A stretch of 64,000 nucleotides of DNA from Lama glama (taxonomy: Eukaryota), in assembly GCA_028534125.1 (NCBI GenBank), contig CM052818.1:29948001-30012000 (forward strand). Direction: 5' to 3'. The notes beneath the pieces were generated by a model. The model saw only the letters and a program-made list of their open reading frames with translations, had not been told where the DNA came from and did no database searches. The translations under genes were made by a program, and so were the position numbers. Positions 51,141 to 64,000 of this stretch are shown one piece after another (the first letter of the stretch is position 1; each line of letters opens with the position of its first letter).

Positions 51141-52239
51141 CTAGATTAAAAGAAGAGATCTCAAAATTAAAAATATTTAAAACACAATAAGTAACAACAA
51201 GCCACAAATTTATAATGATAACATAATATAAAATTGTATCATTATATTTATTAGAAAACAACCACAAAATAATACCATAAATAGAAAATAGAATAGTAAT
51301 AGCCTGAGAAGTCATTTCAACCATGCACATAATGAAAGAGTGAAACTATTTTATTTTGTTTACACTAAGTTTTCTACTATGTTCTAGCTAGAGAGGAGCA
51401 TTAAATGTAAGAAACAAAACAAATCAAAAAATACTGCTACATGAATAGGGATGAGACAATTATTGCAGAAAGGGATATGAGAAGTATGCTTTTAAGTAAA
51501 CATTCACTGCATATTCATTAGAAATGATATGAAATGGCCTAAAGTCAATTCTTTTTCCTTTTCTGTTTTAGTATTTATACCTATTATCTTGTAATAAGAG
51601 TCCTAAAATACCATGGTTCTTATTCCTCTAGCTACTTTAAAATACTAGATCAAGCATTCAGAAATTTCTCATCCATTAAAATAAGTATATACAATCGACA
51701 TATGACACCAACCAGGATTTATTTAGCATATAGGCACTGTAATTTAATATCAATTATTATAAAAACTTTTAAAATTATGTCAACATTTTTGAAGAATTCC
51801 ATCAATACAAAAATACAAGAGAAAAATATATACATTGAATACTCAACAGCCTAAGAATTACAGGGTCCACAAATAAATTAATATAATTTTATTGGATTAA
51901 ATATACTTTGTTGTACAGGGTTTAACAGTGTATTAATTCTAAATGGCACGTGACAGGCATCACCTCTAATCAAAACCATATGATTGTAACATAAAAATAT
52001 TAATTCTCAAATGTCATGGTCACTGATTAAAGAATTAGAGGCAAACCAAGTGAAAATATACTTGGTAGGCTACCCTAACTATGATTTTTCTTTGTTTCCC
52101 TCTATTAACAAAAAAACTGCCAGTCCAATGGAAATAATCACTATAGCTTTCATTATTATTCTCTATTTTTACTATTATATTATAAAATACATTATTCAGT
52201 AATAAGTTTTTATACTATTTTCCTCATTCTGTTCTCTTT

Positions 52240-52793
52240 AAATACTGCTACCAGATTTCTGAAGAATTGTTAAAAAACATTGTCATCACATCATTACTTC
52301 ACTTAAAATATTTTAACAAATCTTCATTGCTATTCAGAATAAAATCTGAAGTTATTAAGAAGCCTTTCCCTCCAGCTGCTTTCAGTAATAGCTTTTAAAA
52401 TGAGCTCTCAGTGCTGCTTTATGCAAATTTCATCAACAAATCTATCCCCTCTTATATAACATGAGCATGTAAACACTACCCAAATAATTCCTCCATTCTG
52501 AAGTAACTCATTCGCAATCTACATTGACTATATCCTTCAAGGCCCCACTAAACACAATACTACTTTATTCACATTGCTGGGTAGTAAGAAAATAATCTCA
52601 CACCTGTGATCCTCCATAATACTGTAATTTTTATAACTTGTTAAGTTTATATATGTACAGGGATACCTCATTGTTATTACTGGAGGACATTAGCTACTTG
52701 AGGTCAGGATTTAAATACCTGCTCATCTTTAAATGCCTCCAATGATGCCTGGCAGTTTTGTAAACACTCAATAAATACTTTCTGAATGAATAA
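52240..52793 (+). mobile_element. LINE2 3' fragment
   Basis: cattgctattcagaataaaatc...tccttcaaggccc...cactcaataaatactttctgaatgaataaa. Confidence 0.7.
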
Positions 52794-52974
52794 AGCAGTG
52801 AAAATGAAGATTCTTTAGAATTTATTATGTCTAGTATTGGAACTAAGGAGCCAATAACAAATCATCTAGGAGCTAAATTACTAAAGAAATAAATGATGCC
52901 TAACAGGCAACGATCTAAGTAACTTTCACACAACATACCTATGTTAAATTTCACCAATAACACTAAACACTTAC

Positions 52975-53275
52975 TTCCTTCTCCATCATCTGTCACCCCC
53001 AATACCAAGCGAAGAAGGCACTGGGCATGTTTTCTCTCTTTCAGTAGCACTTCAGCATAGCCCGGAAGACGAAGAAATAATCCAAAAGCAGCCAAAGAAT
53101 GGGCAGGTATGGGAGACATCGTCTGTACTGCTGACTTGATAGGTGGAGGTTCAGCCGCAATGGTTTCTGGTGCTTCATAAACTAATTCCCCCGACTGTTC
53201 AATAGTCACCCATTCAAACTGATCACTATCTTTTGGCTTTTCCTGAGTGGTAGATGTTACAACTGGAGCACTCAC
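52975..53275 (-). CDS. BIRC6: BIRC6 coding exon (approx. exon 62)
   Basis: ctttag|GTG...GGAA|gtaagt; 301 nt; VSAPVVTSTTQEKPKDSDQFEWVTIEQ...LGVTDDGEG. Confidence 0.97.
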
Positions 53276-54351
53276 CTAAAGAAAAAACATTTTGTTTGAC
53301 TCTTTGTTTGTTTCAATATCTGTTTCAAATTAAAGACTCAAGTTCAAATGATCTCTTTAAAATACAAGAATATAAAAAATCAATAAAGGGACAGATTTTT
53401 AAAACTGAGTTACATGCCAAGTATCTCTACTTTAAAGGTTAATACTTTTTCCTTTGTAATTAAGTATCAGTAGACAGATTCTTTGAGACATAAATATCTG
53501 TTTTACACTTTATCCATTAGAATTAGCATTTTTATAATGCTTGCCTTAAATAATAATTATTATAATGGTGGCCAGACGGTGATTTTCCTAATTTTACCAT
53601 TTCTTCTACATTTGTTAGTTGGCAATGAACTGTAAGCAAAAACATTCCCTTCTTCTCTATTTATTCATCCATTTAGTAACTTATATCAGTATGGATCCTA
53701 ATTTTACTCTATAGGTTATAATCTGTTACAATCATTTTATTTAATGCTCAAGTAGACTCAGATTTGGTCAGTGGGATCTACTTAAAGCAGGCTTCTGTAT
53801 CTGGGCTCATCCTGTACATTCTCTGCCCTAGTGCTAGAATTTATTCAAGGGGCACTGATTTCTTTTAGTGGAAACAGTTATTTAAAAAAGAAAATACGGG
53901 ACACAGGTATGCATACATTGCTGGGGGGAATCTGATTTCATGCTCTATAAGCAAACAAATCTAGGAAAAACATGAATAGACACATGTATCTATGTGACTA
54001 CACATACAGACAAAATTTGTAGCCTATATATACTTTTCCAAATGTTAGGGTCATAAATTACAAATAAAGATAACAGAGTTGTTACAGATTAAAGGAGACT
54101 AAAGAGACAACTAAATGCAATATATGATTCTGAACTGAATTTCTGACCACCATCTCCTTCATCGCATGCAAAAGAAAACTGAGTTTTTTTCCTTTTGTCT
54201 CTAAGAACATTAGTGGGACAACTGGCAAAATGTGAATAAGATCTGTTCACTGATTTACTTTACTGTTAACTACAGGTGACATTTTTCTTGTTTCTTTGCA
54301 TTTCTAGTAATTGTTTTATTATATCTTGTTGATAAGATGTAGTAAGTTAAT

Positions 54352-54494
54352 TATTTTTAACTTTTTTTAAAAATTATTTTTAAGGGGAGTAACTAGGTTT
54401 ATTTATTTATTTTTTAACGGAGGTACTTGGGACTGAACCCATGACCTCATGCATGCTGAGCAGGCACTCTACCACTGAGCTATATCCTCGCCCC
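54352..54494 (-). mobile_element. Camelid tRNA-derived SINE (Vic-1-like)
   Basis: ggaggtacttgggactgaacccatgacctcatgcatgctgagcaggcactctaccactgagctatatcctc. Confidence 0.88.
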
Positions 54495-55889
54495 TTAACT
54501 GTTAATTCTATAATCACACTCTGGAGTGTGTTCAGTTTTATTTTAGAAGATAGTTAAATTATCGCTGGGTCCCCTTGAACTTATAGAGGCTTTTGTAATT
54601 TATCAGGAGGGCCTATTTTGGTTTTTGCCCTTATTCCTCAAGTGAATCCTTTATTACTAGAATGTCACCCTTACTCTTAATGTGTGACTCACTTGCAGTT
54701 CCAATGGAAAAGCCAAGATTTTTAGCTTAATTTGGAAGGAATAGAACTGCAAAGTCTGTCTCCTTCGTGATGGACAGAAGCTGAAATCTCTGGAAAGCTC
54801 TTTCAGCCTTCTAGCTCTTGCTCACCTCCAATAATTCAGGATCCAGCTACAGCAATGTAGAAATTCATGTGCAGAATTTAGACCTCCCCTATCTGTGGCT
54901 CTCTCCTTTCTGAATTCCTTCCCATTTAATTTCCAGCCAGCATGAATAAACCAAACTCCTCTGTAGCTTTTGCTTGAGATCTACGTGGCCCATCCCACAC
55001 AGACTGAGGAGTATTCTCAGGAGAAAAGTCATATACACACTCATCTCACCCAATGTAGTTTCATTCTTTCTGTGTTTAAATCCTCCCCAATCAATATCTG
55101 CCTGCTTTTGGTCACTCTCCAGAGCCTCTGAACAGTTTTGTTTTTTTTTTAAATAGGCTGTCCAGAGTTTATAATTATATACACAAGAGAGTTAATCCTA
55201 TACCTGTTAGTCTACCATTACCAATTTACCTTTCATGGAATGAGAAGTGGTGGTTGAGGGAATTGTACAAAGTTTTCTTCACTGGGTATATATAAAATGC
55301 TAGAATGGCACGTTTTTGTTTCCTTTTACACTTCAAAGATGTAAATCCCTGGCTCCCAAGGTTTCTGTTGAAAGGTTAGTTGTCAGTGTGATTGTTAAGA
55401 AAGTTATGGGTTACTTCTTGGGGGCTGGTTTTAAGCTTTTCTCTTTGTTTCTGTTTTTTTTTTTTTTAGCAGTTTATCACAATGTTCCTAGGCATGGATA
55501 TCCTGCTTGGGGTTTGGAAAGTTTCTTGAATTTTGAATTGAGGTTTTATATCAGTTTTGGAAATTTTCAGTATTGCTTCTGTTCTTGTTTCAATCCACTC
55601 TTTTTCTGCAACCATCAATTCATGTTAGAATTTTTCACTGCTAGATATGTGTCCATATATGTGTACTCTTTTCATTCCTTATACATTCTATGCTTTGGTT
55701 GATTTCTTTGGGTGCATCTTCCATATCACTAATTTTGTAATCTGTCATTTCTAATCTATCAAAAAAAATCCATCTAACAATTTTCTTAATATGACATATT
55801 AAGAATATCCAGCCCATTCTATAAGACAGTATTACTCGGATACCAAACCCAGACAAAAACATCATAAGGAAGTAAAGACCGAAATTTGT

Positions 55890-56970
55890 TACTGATTTCC
55901 CTGTATACTTTGCTATATAATACATCACCACAAAACAGTGACTTAACACAACACAAGTTTATTATCCTAAAAAAGCCAGAGGTCAGAAATCCAAAAAGGG
56001 TCTCAGGGAGCTAGAATCAAAGCTTTTGACCCTAAATATCAAGCGGTCCTTATAGAAGCTCTCAGGGAGTATCAGTTCCTTGTGCTTTCCAGCTTCTAGA
56101 GTCTGTTCACATTTCTTGGCGTTTGGCTGCTTCATTTGAACCTCTGTTTGCACAGTCACATCCTCTCCTTTGACTTTGCTACCACTATCACGTAACTTTC
56201 TCTACTGCTGGCTTCTGTTCAGATGGCCAAGATCTATGGATATTATGCCTTATATCTTCAAACAGCCTTCTGTATGACTGAATGCTCTAACATCTTGATT
56301 TTTCTGAGGTACCAACAAAAGTTGAATAGCCACATCCTTGGCTTTTTCTCTACAGCATGCTTTTCCGACAGTGATTCTCTAATTTTAGCATCTTTTGCAA
56401 TCTGGATAGGTTGAAAATTTCCTAAATTGTCAAGCTCTGGTTGCTTGTTGCTTAATACTTCCTCCCTCAATTTATCTCTTTCTTCTCACATTTCATTATA
56501 AGCACCAGAAAGAAAACAGGTATCTTCATACTCAGCTTGGAATTACAGCTAACTAACCACATTCATCACTTCCAAGTGCTTCCTTCCACATCCAGGACAC
56601 AAATAAGCTAAGATTTCTGCCACTAAAAGACACGGATTTTTTTTTTCAGTTTCTAATAACATATTCCTCATTTCCTTCTAAGCTGCACCATTAGCACTTT
56701 TAACATCCATATTTCTACCAACACTCTGCTTAAGACAATTTAGGTATTCTCTTAAGATATATAGGTTCTCTCTACCATGATCCTTACTTTCTCCTGGGCC
56801 CTTACAGGCAGAGGTTTTAAGATGCATATTTCTACTGTCTGTTCAAGACAATCTCGACTTCTTTTTATCATGCTCAAACTTCTTTCATACTCTGACAACT
56901 ACCCAATTCTAAAGTCACTTACACACTTTTAGGTGTTTTTACAGCAGCACCCTATTTCCAGGTACCAATC
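55890..56970 (-). mobile_element. MaLR (MLT1-type) LTR plus internal segment
   Basis: caccacaaaacagtgacttaacacaacacaagtttattatc...ccagcttctagag; reverse of 56970 reads gattggtacctggaaatagggtgctgctgtaa (MLT-int start). Confidence 0.7.
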
Positions 56971-57217
56971 AATATAAGGAATCATACTGAATACTGAATT
57001 AGGAAAGTCATTTTCATTGAGCATAATCTTGAGAACGTTGGTGTCTTTTCCATTTCAAACTTTTAGCTATGTCATTACATTTTCTATAAAGAAATAAAAT
57101 TTTACTCATATTTTCTATGACAGTCACGTCCTATCATGATTATATCACCTTAAAATTAAAATATCATAAGCTCTTTGACTAGCAGGTAAGCAATAACCAT
57201 TTACAGAATAGATATTA

Positions 57218-57620
57218 TTGTGGACTGAACTGTATACCCCTTTAAAGATGTGCTCGACTCCTAATCCCCAGTACCTGTGAATGTGACCTTATCTGGAAAT
57301 AGGGTGGATCCTAGATCCAATAAATGGTGTACTTATAAAAGGAGGGAGATGCAGAGACACACATATACACGGAAAGAAGATGGCCATGTGAAAATGCAGG
57401 CAGAAACTGGAGTGATGCTGCTATAGGCCAATGAATACCATTAACTGCCAGCAAATTAGTAGCTAAGAAGAAGCAAGGAAGGATTCTTCCCTAGAGCCTT
57501 CACAGTGAGCATGGCTCTAGCTTAACACCTTTATTTCAGACTTACAGCTTCCTGAACTGTAAGAAAATAAGTTTCTGTTGTTTGAAGTCACCCAGTTTCT
57601 GGCACTCTGTTATAGAAGCA
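57218..57620 (+). mobile_element. MLT1B/C-type MaLR solo LTR
   Basis: tgtggactgaactgt...ccccagtacctgtgaatgtgaccttat...ggaaggattcttccctagagccttc...cagcttcctgaactgtaagaaaataagtttctgttgtttgaag. Confidence 0.88.
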
Positions 57621-57663
57621 TATACAGGCATGTATATGCAGGCATATACAGATATATACATGT

Positions 57664-57686
57664 ACACACACACACATACACATACA

Positions 57687-57733
<47 letters not shown>
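57664..57733 (+). repeat. (CA)n microsatellite
   Basis: Direct reading, interrupted at its left end. Confidence 0.97.
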
Positions 57734-57735
<2 letters not shown>

Positions 57736-58339
57736 TACATAAAATTAGATACAATAATTCCCCTACCTCATTCAACAAAAATAAAAAGCTTGGTATTTAC
57801 AACTCTCCATGCATGACATTCCCCCCTCATAAATAAAAGAACACTGAAAAGTACACACCTCAATAACAGTAACATTAATGAACAGATGAAGAGGTTAAAT
57901 TAATGTTTTTAAAACTACTTAAAATGGAAATGGCACCTAAAAAGAAATAAAAATTAAGCAAAAGACATAATGTTATTCGGGTAGAAGTATACACAACTAT
58001 TTTACTCTTCCATTTCCAGTATTATCCATAATTAATCACACCTTAAAGAGAAGCACAGAAACAAAAATGTTACAGTGTGACAACTATAAACTAAAGTTAA
58101 GTGCTACAGTGTGATGACTTTAGCAAATGTGCTTGGTCTTCAACATTTCTTCAGTACCAACTAATTTTCACAAAGCTCCGTATAGGCTGAGCTTTGAAAG
58201 ATTTAAACAGTACTCAGAAAACTATAAAGGAAAGGGTACTCCCAAAAAGATTAAGGTAAACACAAGCCAAAAAAAAAAAAAAAAAGAAGGAAAATTCTTC
58301 ACCATGTAATGATATATTCAATCAGGAATCTTATCTTAC

Positions 58340-58533
58340 CTGTTGAATTACTTCTGGATATAGCATGGGTAGTCTTTCTGCAATAAGAGCCAGTCCACCC
58401 ATTCCTGCAAAGACTTGTAATGGTGACTGAATGGGACAGGTTTCAAGTAAAGATTCATCCAATATCCCATCCATACATTCATCACTTGGAGTGAGGGCCT
58501 CATCATCAGGACAACTACCAAGTAAATCATGAT
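58340..58533 (-). CDS. BIRC6: BIRC6 coding exon (approx. exon 61)
   Basis: cttctag|AT...CAG|gtaaga; 194 nt; DHDLLGSCPDDEALTPSDEC...FAGMGGLALIAERLPMLYPEVIQQ. Confidence 0.96.
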
Positions 58534-58730
58534 CTAGAAGAATAAATTGAAAATAACAGCTTAGAGAGGACGTATTTTTACAACACATTTTCATTTATAA
58601 AGCAGATACTGTTGTCATCTCTCTACTCAGCAGAAGAGCGTAATAATCTTAAGTTATTCAGATATAACTATTTTAAGGCTAGGAGCTACAAAAATGTTTT
58701 TAAATGACTTCTAATATTGCTCCTTAGAGT

Positions 58731-58883
58731 CTGGCTATTCAAAGTACAGTCCTAGACCAGTAAGTGTCAGCATCAGCCTGAGAGCTTTTGAAATGTGGAA
58801 TCTCTCAGGTCCCACTCAAGACCTACTGAATAGGTATCGGCATTTTTATGATTTATAAGAATACTGAAGTTTGAGAACTACTG
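58731..58883. mobile_element. MER5A-type hAT-Charlie MITE
   Basis: tcaaagtacagtcctagaccag...tcagcatcagcctgagagctt...agacctactgaat...aagtttgagaactactg. Confidence 0.75.
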
Positions 58884-59784
58884 TCCTTTATTTAGGGCAA
58901 ATAAGTAAGACATCAGAGACTTGCAGAAAATACTAATATATGTACACTCTAAAGTATCCAATTAGGAAAAACTGAACAATGACAAAGACTTTTTTTACTG
59001 AAAACTGAAAATTACACCACACAAGTTTAACTTTGAATCATTCACAGAGGAAAACCAAGTTATGCTCACACATAGCCAGACCCTATGAACATAAAATAGA
59101 CAAATAATCCTACTGAAAATTTGTGTAAAGGAAACATATTAAAATTTAGTAAAGAATACAAAAGGCTAATAAATAAACATTGAACTTTAATCATGAGAAA
59201 AACTGAACATAAATGAGATAACATCGTATCCCACACTATGAAAACCCTGCTTAAATACCACTTACAGTAGTGAAAAACTGGAAAAATCAGAATGTTTCAA
59301 CAGTTGATAAAAAGATAAATTTTATTATATCCATATAAAAAATAGGCAATAAAAATGCACATTTAGAAATATTGAATTGAACATGTAAAAGTAAAAAGGC
59401 AAGACATATATAATCCTACTTTTCTTCGAGAAAAAATAATTTATGAGCATGAAATAACACTCAATATAAATTTCAGTAAACTGGAAATTCTAAATTAGGG
59501 TTTTCACTTTGATTATAAAATTATGAACAATTCACATGGCTCATAGAGAAATGTTAGAAATTAAAGCATATGGGCCCATAAAATAAGTGATGATACATAA
59601 GGAATTAAGAATAATTTCTAATGGAAATAACTGCAATTTTCTATATTTACAAATAACTCAGTCATAGAGGAAAAAGTATCTCATTAAGTTGACATAATAA
59701 AAATATAAATTAAGTCATCAGCTATAGAAACCCCTGCCTGCTCAGACTACAAACTGTAATTTTAAACAAGTATCATACACATAC

Positions 59785-59958
59785 CTTTTTCAGGGTGTAG
59801 TCTTTTAAAAGAGTCTGTTTTTGACAGACTTGGGTCTGTAATAACTCTTGATCCCAATTTAACAGTCAGATCTATTGAACGATAACCTTGAGGAAGTTTT
59901 CGGTCATATAGGAGAGTTAAAAGTTGGGCAAGTGTCATTTCAGCTGGTAATGGTTGGC
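59785..59958 (-). CDS. BIRC6: BIRC6 coding exon (approx. exon 60)
   Basis: tttttag|GC...AAAG|gtatgt; 174 nt; QPLPAEMTLAQLLTLLYDRKLPQGYRSIDLTVKLG...LHPEK. Confidence 0.96.
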
Positions 59959-60242
59959 CTAAAAATGATGTAACAAAGTTAAATTTAGAATTCAAGTGGG
60001 AGACATTTACTTGATTTGATTCAATTACTTAATGCTTTTACTAAATTACAGATAAGAGTCTGATTTTGACACTGATTTCAAAACAACTTAAAAACAGCCC
60101 ATGGAAAGTTCAAAACTTAAATCTATTTCTGACATGTGTGAACAATAATGTCTATACAAAATGTTAAACAGTTGCTAACCAAATCCCACCAAGATCTTCT
60201 GAGCCGTGATGAATTAAAAAAATAAAGAACCACTTCCATAAA

Positions 60243-60450
60243 TGTGCGGTTGGCAAATCTTTTCCATAAAAGGCCAGATAATAAATACTTTAAGCTATGG
60301 AAGCCATCAGGTCTCTGCTGCAAACACTGACTCTACTGTAGCACGTGACAGCTCTGAACGGTATGGAAAGTAATGAGCACAGCGGTATTCTTACAAAACT
60401 TCTTTACAAAACGACGCATCCAGTCCACCAGCCATAGTTTACTGATCTCT
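60243..60450. mobile_element. MER58A-type hAT-Charlie MITE
   Basis: ggttggcaaa...taaaaggccagataataaatactttaagct...gccatagtttactgatctctg. Confidence 0.75.
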
Positions 60451-60975
60451 GCTATAATTCAACAACGTAAAGTTAAGAAGGAAAATCAAAGTTAAGTAGC
60501 AATTTGATTATAATGATAACAGCACAAAAATTGACATTGCCTTAACCAATGGAAAGTATGCTGGTCAAAGAATTTGTTTTAGGTGGAGAGGAACCTTAAC
60601 GATCAGTGGTACATCTAAGAATTTCACTTTGAGAACTAGTTCTTTAAATTTTGCCTCACACTGCATCCTATATTATTTGTCATGAATTCACTAAAACATT
60701 AATTACTGATCATTCTATGGCACATTCATAACAAAATTTAGGAAGCTACTAAAGTTTAAAAAGACAACATTATAGTGTCAAAAAGGATATAAAACAGGTT
60801 ATTCCCTATTTTGTTCTCACTTTCTCTTGCAGGGAGTTGTATGGACAAAGTCTCACTAAATTATTTATCTCATCAATGGCACCTGATTAAACATGACTCT
60901 GGTGATTACACATCTGATTTATACAGTTGTAAGATTATTAAAATATCTTAAATGTTTTATCATTGTGAACATTAC

Positions 60976-61143
60976 CGGCCAAGAGTTTGTGAAACAGGTG
61001 AAACACAGGGACGGTAATTATTTTGTTGGCGGCCTCTGCTCCTGAGGAAGCATTTCCTATTTTATCGGGCATCGTCCTCCCTCTCCTGGATGGTGGGCGA
61101 GGTGGTGTAGCTGACACAGCACGTTTAGACTGGGATTTCAATC
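60976..61143 (-). CDS. BIRC6: BIRC6 coding exon (approx. exon 59)
   Basis: cttttag|GA...GCCG|gtaatg; 168 nt; LKSQSKRAVSATPPRPPSRRGRT...HKLLAG. Confidence 0.96.
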
Positions 61144-61278
61144 CTAAAAGAAAAAAAATTCCCTAAGAGTCTATAAAGCCAACACATTAATGAAGTAAAG
61201 GTGTATTTCTACAATATATTACTGAAGTGCCGTATTCCTAACTAATGCCAAAAAATAGAAAAGTTTCTTCTCATTTAA

Positions 61279-61605
61279 ATAGATGAATAGATGGAATACA
61301 AGGGGTTTTTACGGCAATGAAATTATTCTGTATGATACTACAGTGGTGGCTACAGGTCATCATGCACTTGTCAAAACCCATAGAATGTACAACATCAAGA
61401 GTGAACCCTAACTATGGACTTTGGTTGATAATAATGTGTACATGTTGGGTCATCGATTATACCAAATGTGCCACACTGATGAGGAATGTTGAGGGTAGGG
61501 GAGCATATATGTGTGGGTGGGGAGGGCTTTGTGGGAACTCTCTGTATTATCTGCTCAATTCTGCTGAGAACCTGAACTGCCTTAAAAAAAAAAAGTCTAT
61601 TAACA
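61279..61605 (+). mobile_element. L1MC-type 3' end
   Basis: ggcaatgaaattattctgtatgatacta...gtcaaaacccatagaatgtacaaca...gggaactctctgta...aaaagtctatt. Confidence 0.85.
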
Positions 61606-62419
61606 AACAAACAAACAAAAATCTGATCTCTTGATTCTATTTGTCATTCATTATACTACATGAATAACTGACTGCATTTGTAATTACTTTTCAAGAAAGT
61701 ATAAATATTATTAACTCCTATATCTCTGAGATATGTAGAGATAACTGTCCATTTACTAGAAAGTAGTTTTGTGCAAATATGTCTAGGAAATCCTGTGTTC
61801 TTAATTTTTCTCTGAGTAGGATAGATTAAACCAATACAAAGGTCTCCTGTTTGAGGAGTAAGGTAATCTAGGCTGAGCCTTCTCTTCTGAACTAAGAATT
61901 TTGTTAAGGAAAATATCCTCCAAAATCATAACTTATCTAGGCCATTTTTTCCTTCTTCCTGCACCTAATAGTAAAAACTCATCTTTCAACCAATTTTCTT
62001 CTATTTTTATTTTCTAATTTATGTAATGAACACAATGTCATAGCGAAAACTAGTGAATACTTTTTCATTTAGCTTTTTTTTTTTAAAACAAGGTTATAGA
62101 AAAATTCCTTAACACTTAGGGGACTTGTAAGAGTATAACTGTCTGTAAACTGTCAAGCTGAAATGGAACGTCTAAATGATTTACACATATTCCATATCTG
62201 ATGAAATATGGTGAGCATAAAATGAGTTTAATAATTCCAGTGCCAAAGAGTAATGGATTTCTGGTACAACAGTTGAGTAATAAGTAATATTAAGACATCA
62301 TCACACCAGCTTTTTTACATTAATACTTATTATTACATGAAGTTCCTGTAAATATAAATTGTTACATTTTATAGAAACCCAAACAAAATCAAGATTATAG
62401 AGAAAAAAAGAAAGTATAC

Positions 62420-62551
62420 CTGAAGCAACAACAACACTGTAATTGTCCTGAAATCCATTTTCTGCCTTGACTTTTTCCTTCTCTTCATGGTTCTTCTTTT
62501 CTTTGTCATCTTTTTGTTCACTAATTAGTTTAGCAGTGATACTTGGTGTAT
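62420..62551 (-). CDS. BIRC6: BIRC6 coding exon, first in window (approx. human exon 58)
   Basis: ttcttatag|AT...TCAG|gtatac; 132 nt; DTPSITAKLISEQKDDKEKKNHEEKEKVKAENGFQDNYSVVVASG; phase-compatible with next exon; absent from ORF track. Confidence 0.95.
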
Positions 62552-63580
62552 CTATAAGAAAATTTTACATAAAATACATTGCTTTTCAAAATCATTAAGA
62601 AGGGAAGCAATGAATATCTTAGGGGATAATTACACAAGATTATATTACCACTAGTAAAAAGGCAACATAAGTGAATTTTGAAGAAATGTTGTAAGGGGAA
62701 GTCTGACATTCCATTCTTGCTGATTTTATCGATGAGACGAGAGAGCTTATCAATTTAAGCCAGGATACTTAAATTCCAATCTCTAGAAAATATTACATAT
62801 TACAATAGTACCCCCTCTAGAGGCAGCAAAAACCATTACCAAAAACATTTGCTTTATTTTACACATAGCTCAATTTGCCTGCTACCTACATCTATTTCAG
62901 TTCTCACAACATGTGTATCAAGAAAGCATACTGTTTTCAAATAAGGAAATAGCCTTCGCAAGGTTACTGATACAATCTGTAAAGGGCAATATGGAATTCA
63001 AGCTCAGCATTCACCCTAAAGCATTACATTAGAACTTAGTCTACAAACGGTGGTATAAAGGAACAAATTTAAGTAACAGAGATTTCTGGTTTTGTTGTTT
63101 TTAGTTAGGAATCTTAGATAACAAAGTAATATGTTTTAACAGTACTTCCAGAATGAATACTAAGGACTTTCACAGATTGTTATTACTCTCATAATTAATA
63201 TTTTCTTTAATTCCTTGAATATCACATGCTATTATAAACCATGAAACAAATGATCTGATTTAACCATTAAGAAACCCAAAAAGCTGGATAAACTGTTTTG
63301 ATATTAAGAACGTTTTTCACTAAGTGGGTATAACTGACACAGATTCTCTTTTATTTTTCTAACTTAACACAATTATGATCCAGTGCTTTACTGTAATGTT
63401 AAAAAGGTGAAATGATCAAATTTTAAAACAGTATCTTTTGTATTATCTTCTATTTTGTAGCTTTCTTTGAATATCTGAAAATATCCCAGTAATCTCAATT
63501 TCTTGAACTTCTTTCTAACTATGACTGCCTTTTGACAGCTTCTATACTTATAAAAAAAAAAAATTTGACCACTGTAAATA

Positions 63581-64000
63581 CAGTAGTTCCTTCTTATCTA
63601 CGGTTTCATTTCTGCGGTTTCAGTTACTTGTGATCTGAAAATACTAAATGAAAAATTCCAGAAATAAATTGCTTGCTGTTCTGACTATCACGATGAAATC
63701 TCACGCCTACTGGCTCCATCACACCTGGGATTCCCAACTATCTCACTGTCTGCTCCTGACATCTAATCATCGATGTCAGTCATCATGGCTGGAAAACCCA
63801 GCCAGGATCACCCAAGGCAGATGATCCTCCTTCTGTTCTTCCTTTGGATGTATTGTCAGAGTATCAAAAGTAGCCTAACGCTACGTCACAACACCTGTGC
63901 CATTCACCTCACTTCATTTTATCACATAGGCATTTTACCATCTCTTATCACAAGAAGGGTAAGCACAGTATAATAAAATTATTTTGAGAGACAGAGAGAA
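63581..64000 (+). mobile_element. MER44/Tigger7-type DNA transposon, runs off the window
   Basis: TA|cagtagttccttcttatctacggtttcatttctgcggtttcagttac...aaattccagaaataaa...gatgaaatctcacgcc. Confidence 0.8.

Noticed and set aside
57575..57735. Functional miR-558 gene
   Set aside because: Mature sequence and complementary arm are not present
57542..57836. ORFs with VC/TH repeats
   Set aside because: Translations of the (CA)n tract and the MLT1 LTR
1..64000. Prokaryotic-type systems (CRISPR arrays, operons)
   Set aside because: The sequence is mammalian intron/exon DNA; no regularly spaced repeat-spacer array is seen

Overview
Mammalian genomic DNA, most likely camelid (tRNA-Ala-derived Vic-1-like SINEs and matching L1 3' ends). 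The whole window lies inside the 3' part of BIRC6 (BRUCE/Apollon) on the minus strand. I resolved 15 consecutive GT-AG coding exons (62551 down to 3190; 2636 nt, phases all compatible), including the UBC/E2 domain and its catalytic Cys. The gene continues beyond both ends. The main unexplained signal is an intact 50-codon ORF on the plus strand (36990-37142) inside the 16.8 kb BIRC6 intron. It has its own splice acceptor and a strong Kozak context, and encodes a single-pass membrane micropeptide closely resembling pTUNAR/BNLN. This is the 'megamind'/BIRC6-AS2 locus, normally described as non-coding; the ORF is below the 60-aa cutoff of the supplied track. Other notable items: a CpG-retaining hAT transposase fossil, a ~2.5 kb Tigger transposase fossil with MER2-type ends, a head-to-head L1 pair forming a long inverted repeat, an L1-retroposed MER41-like LTR transcript end, and the site corresponding to human MIR558 without the miRNA. 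Repeat family names and human comparisons come from recalled consensus sequences, not from searches.
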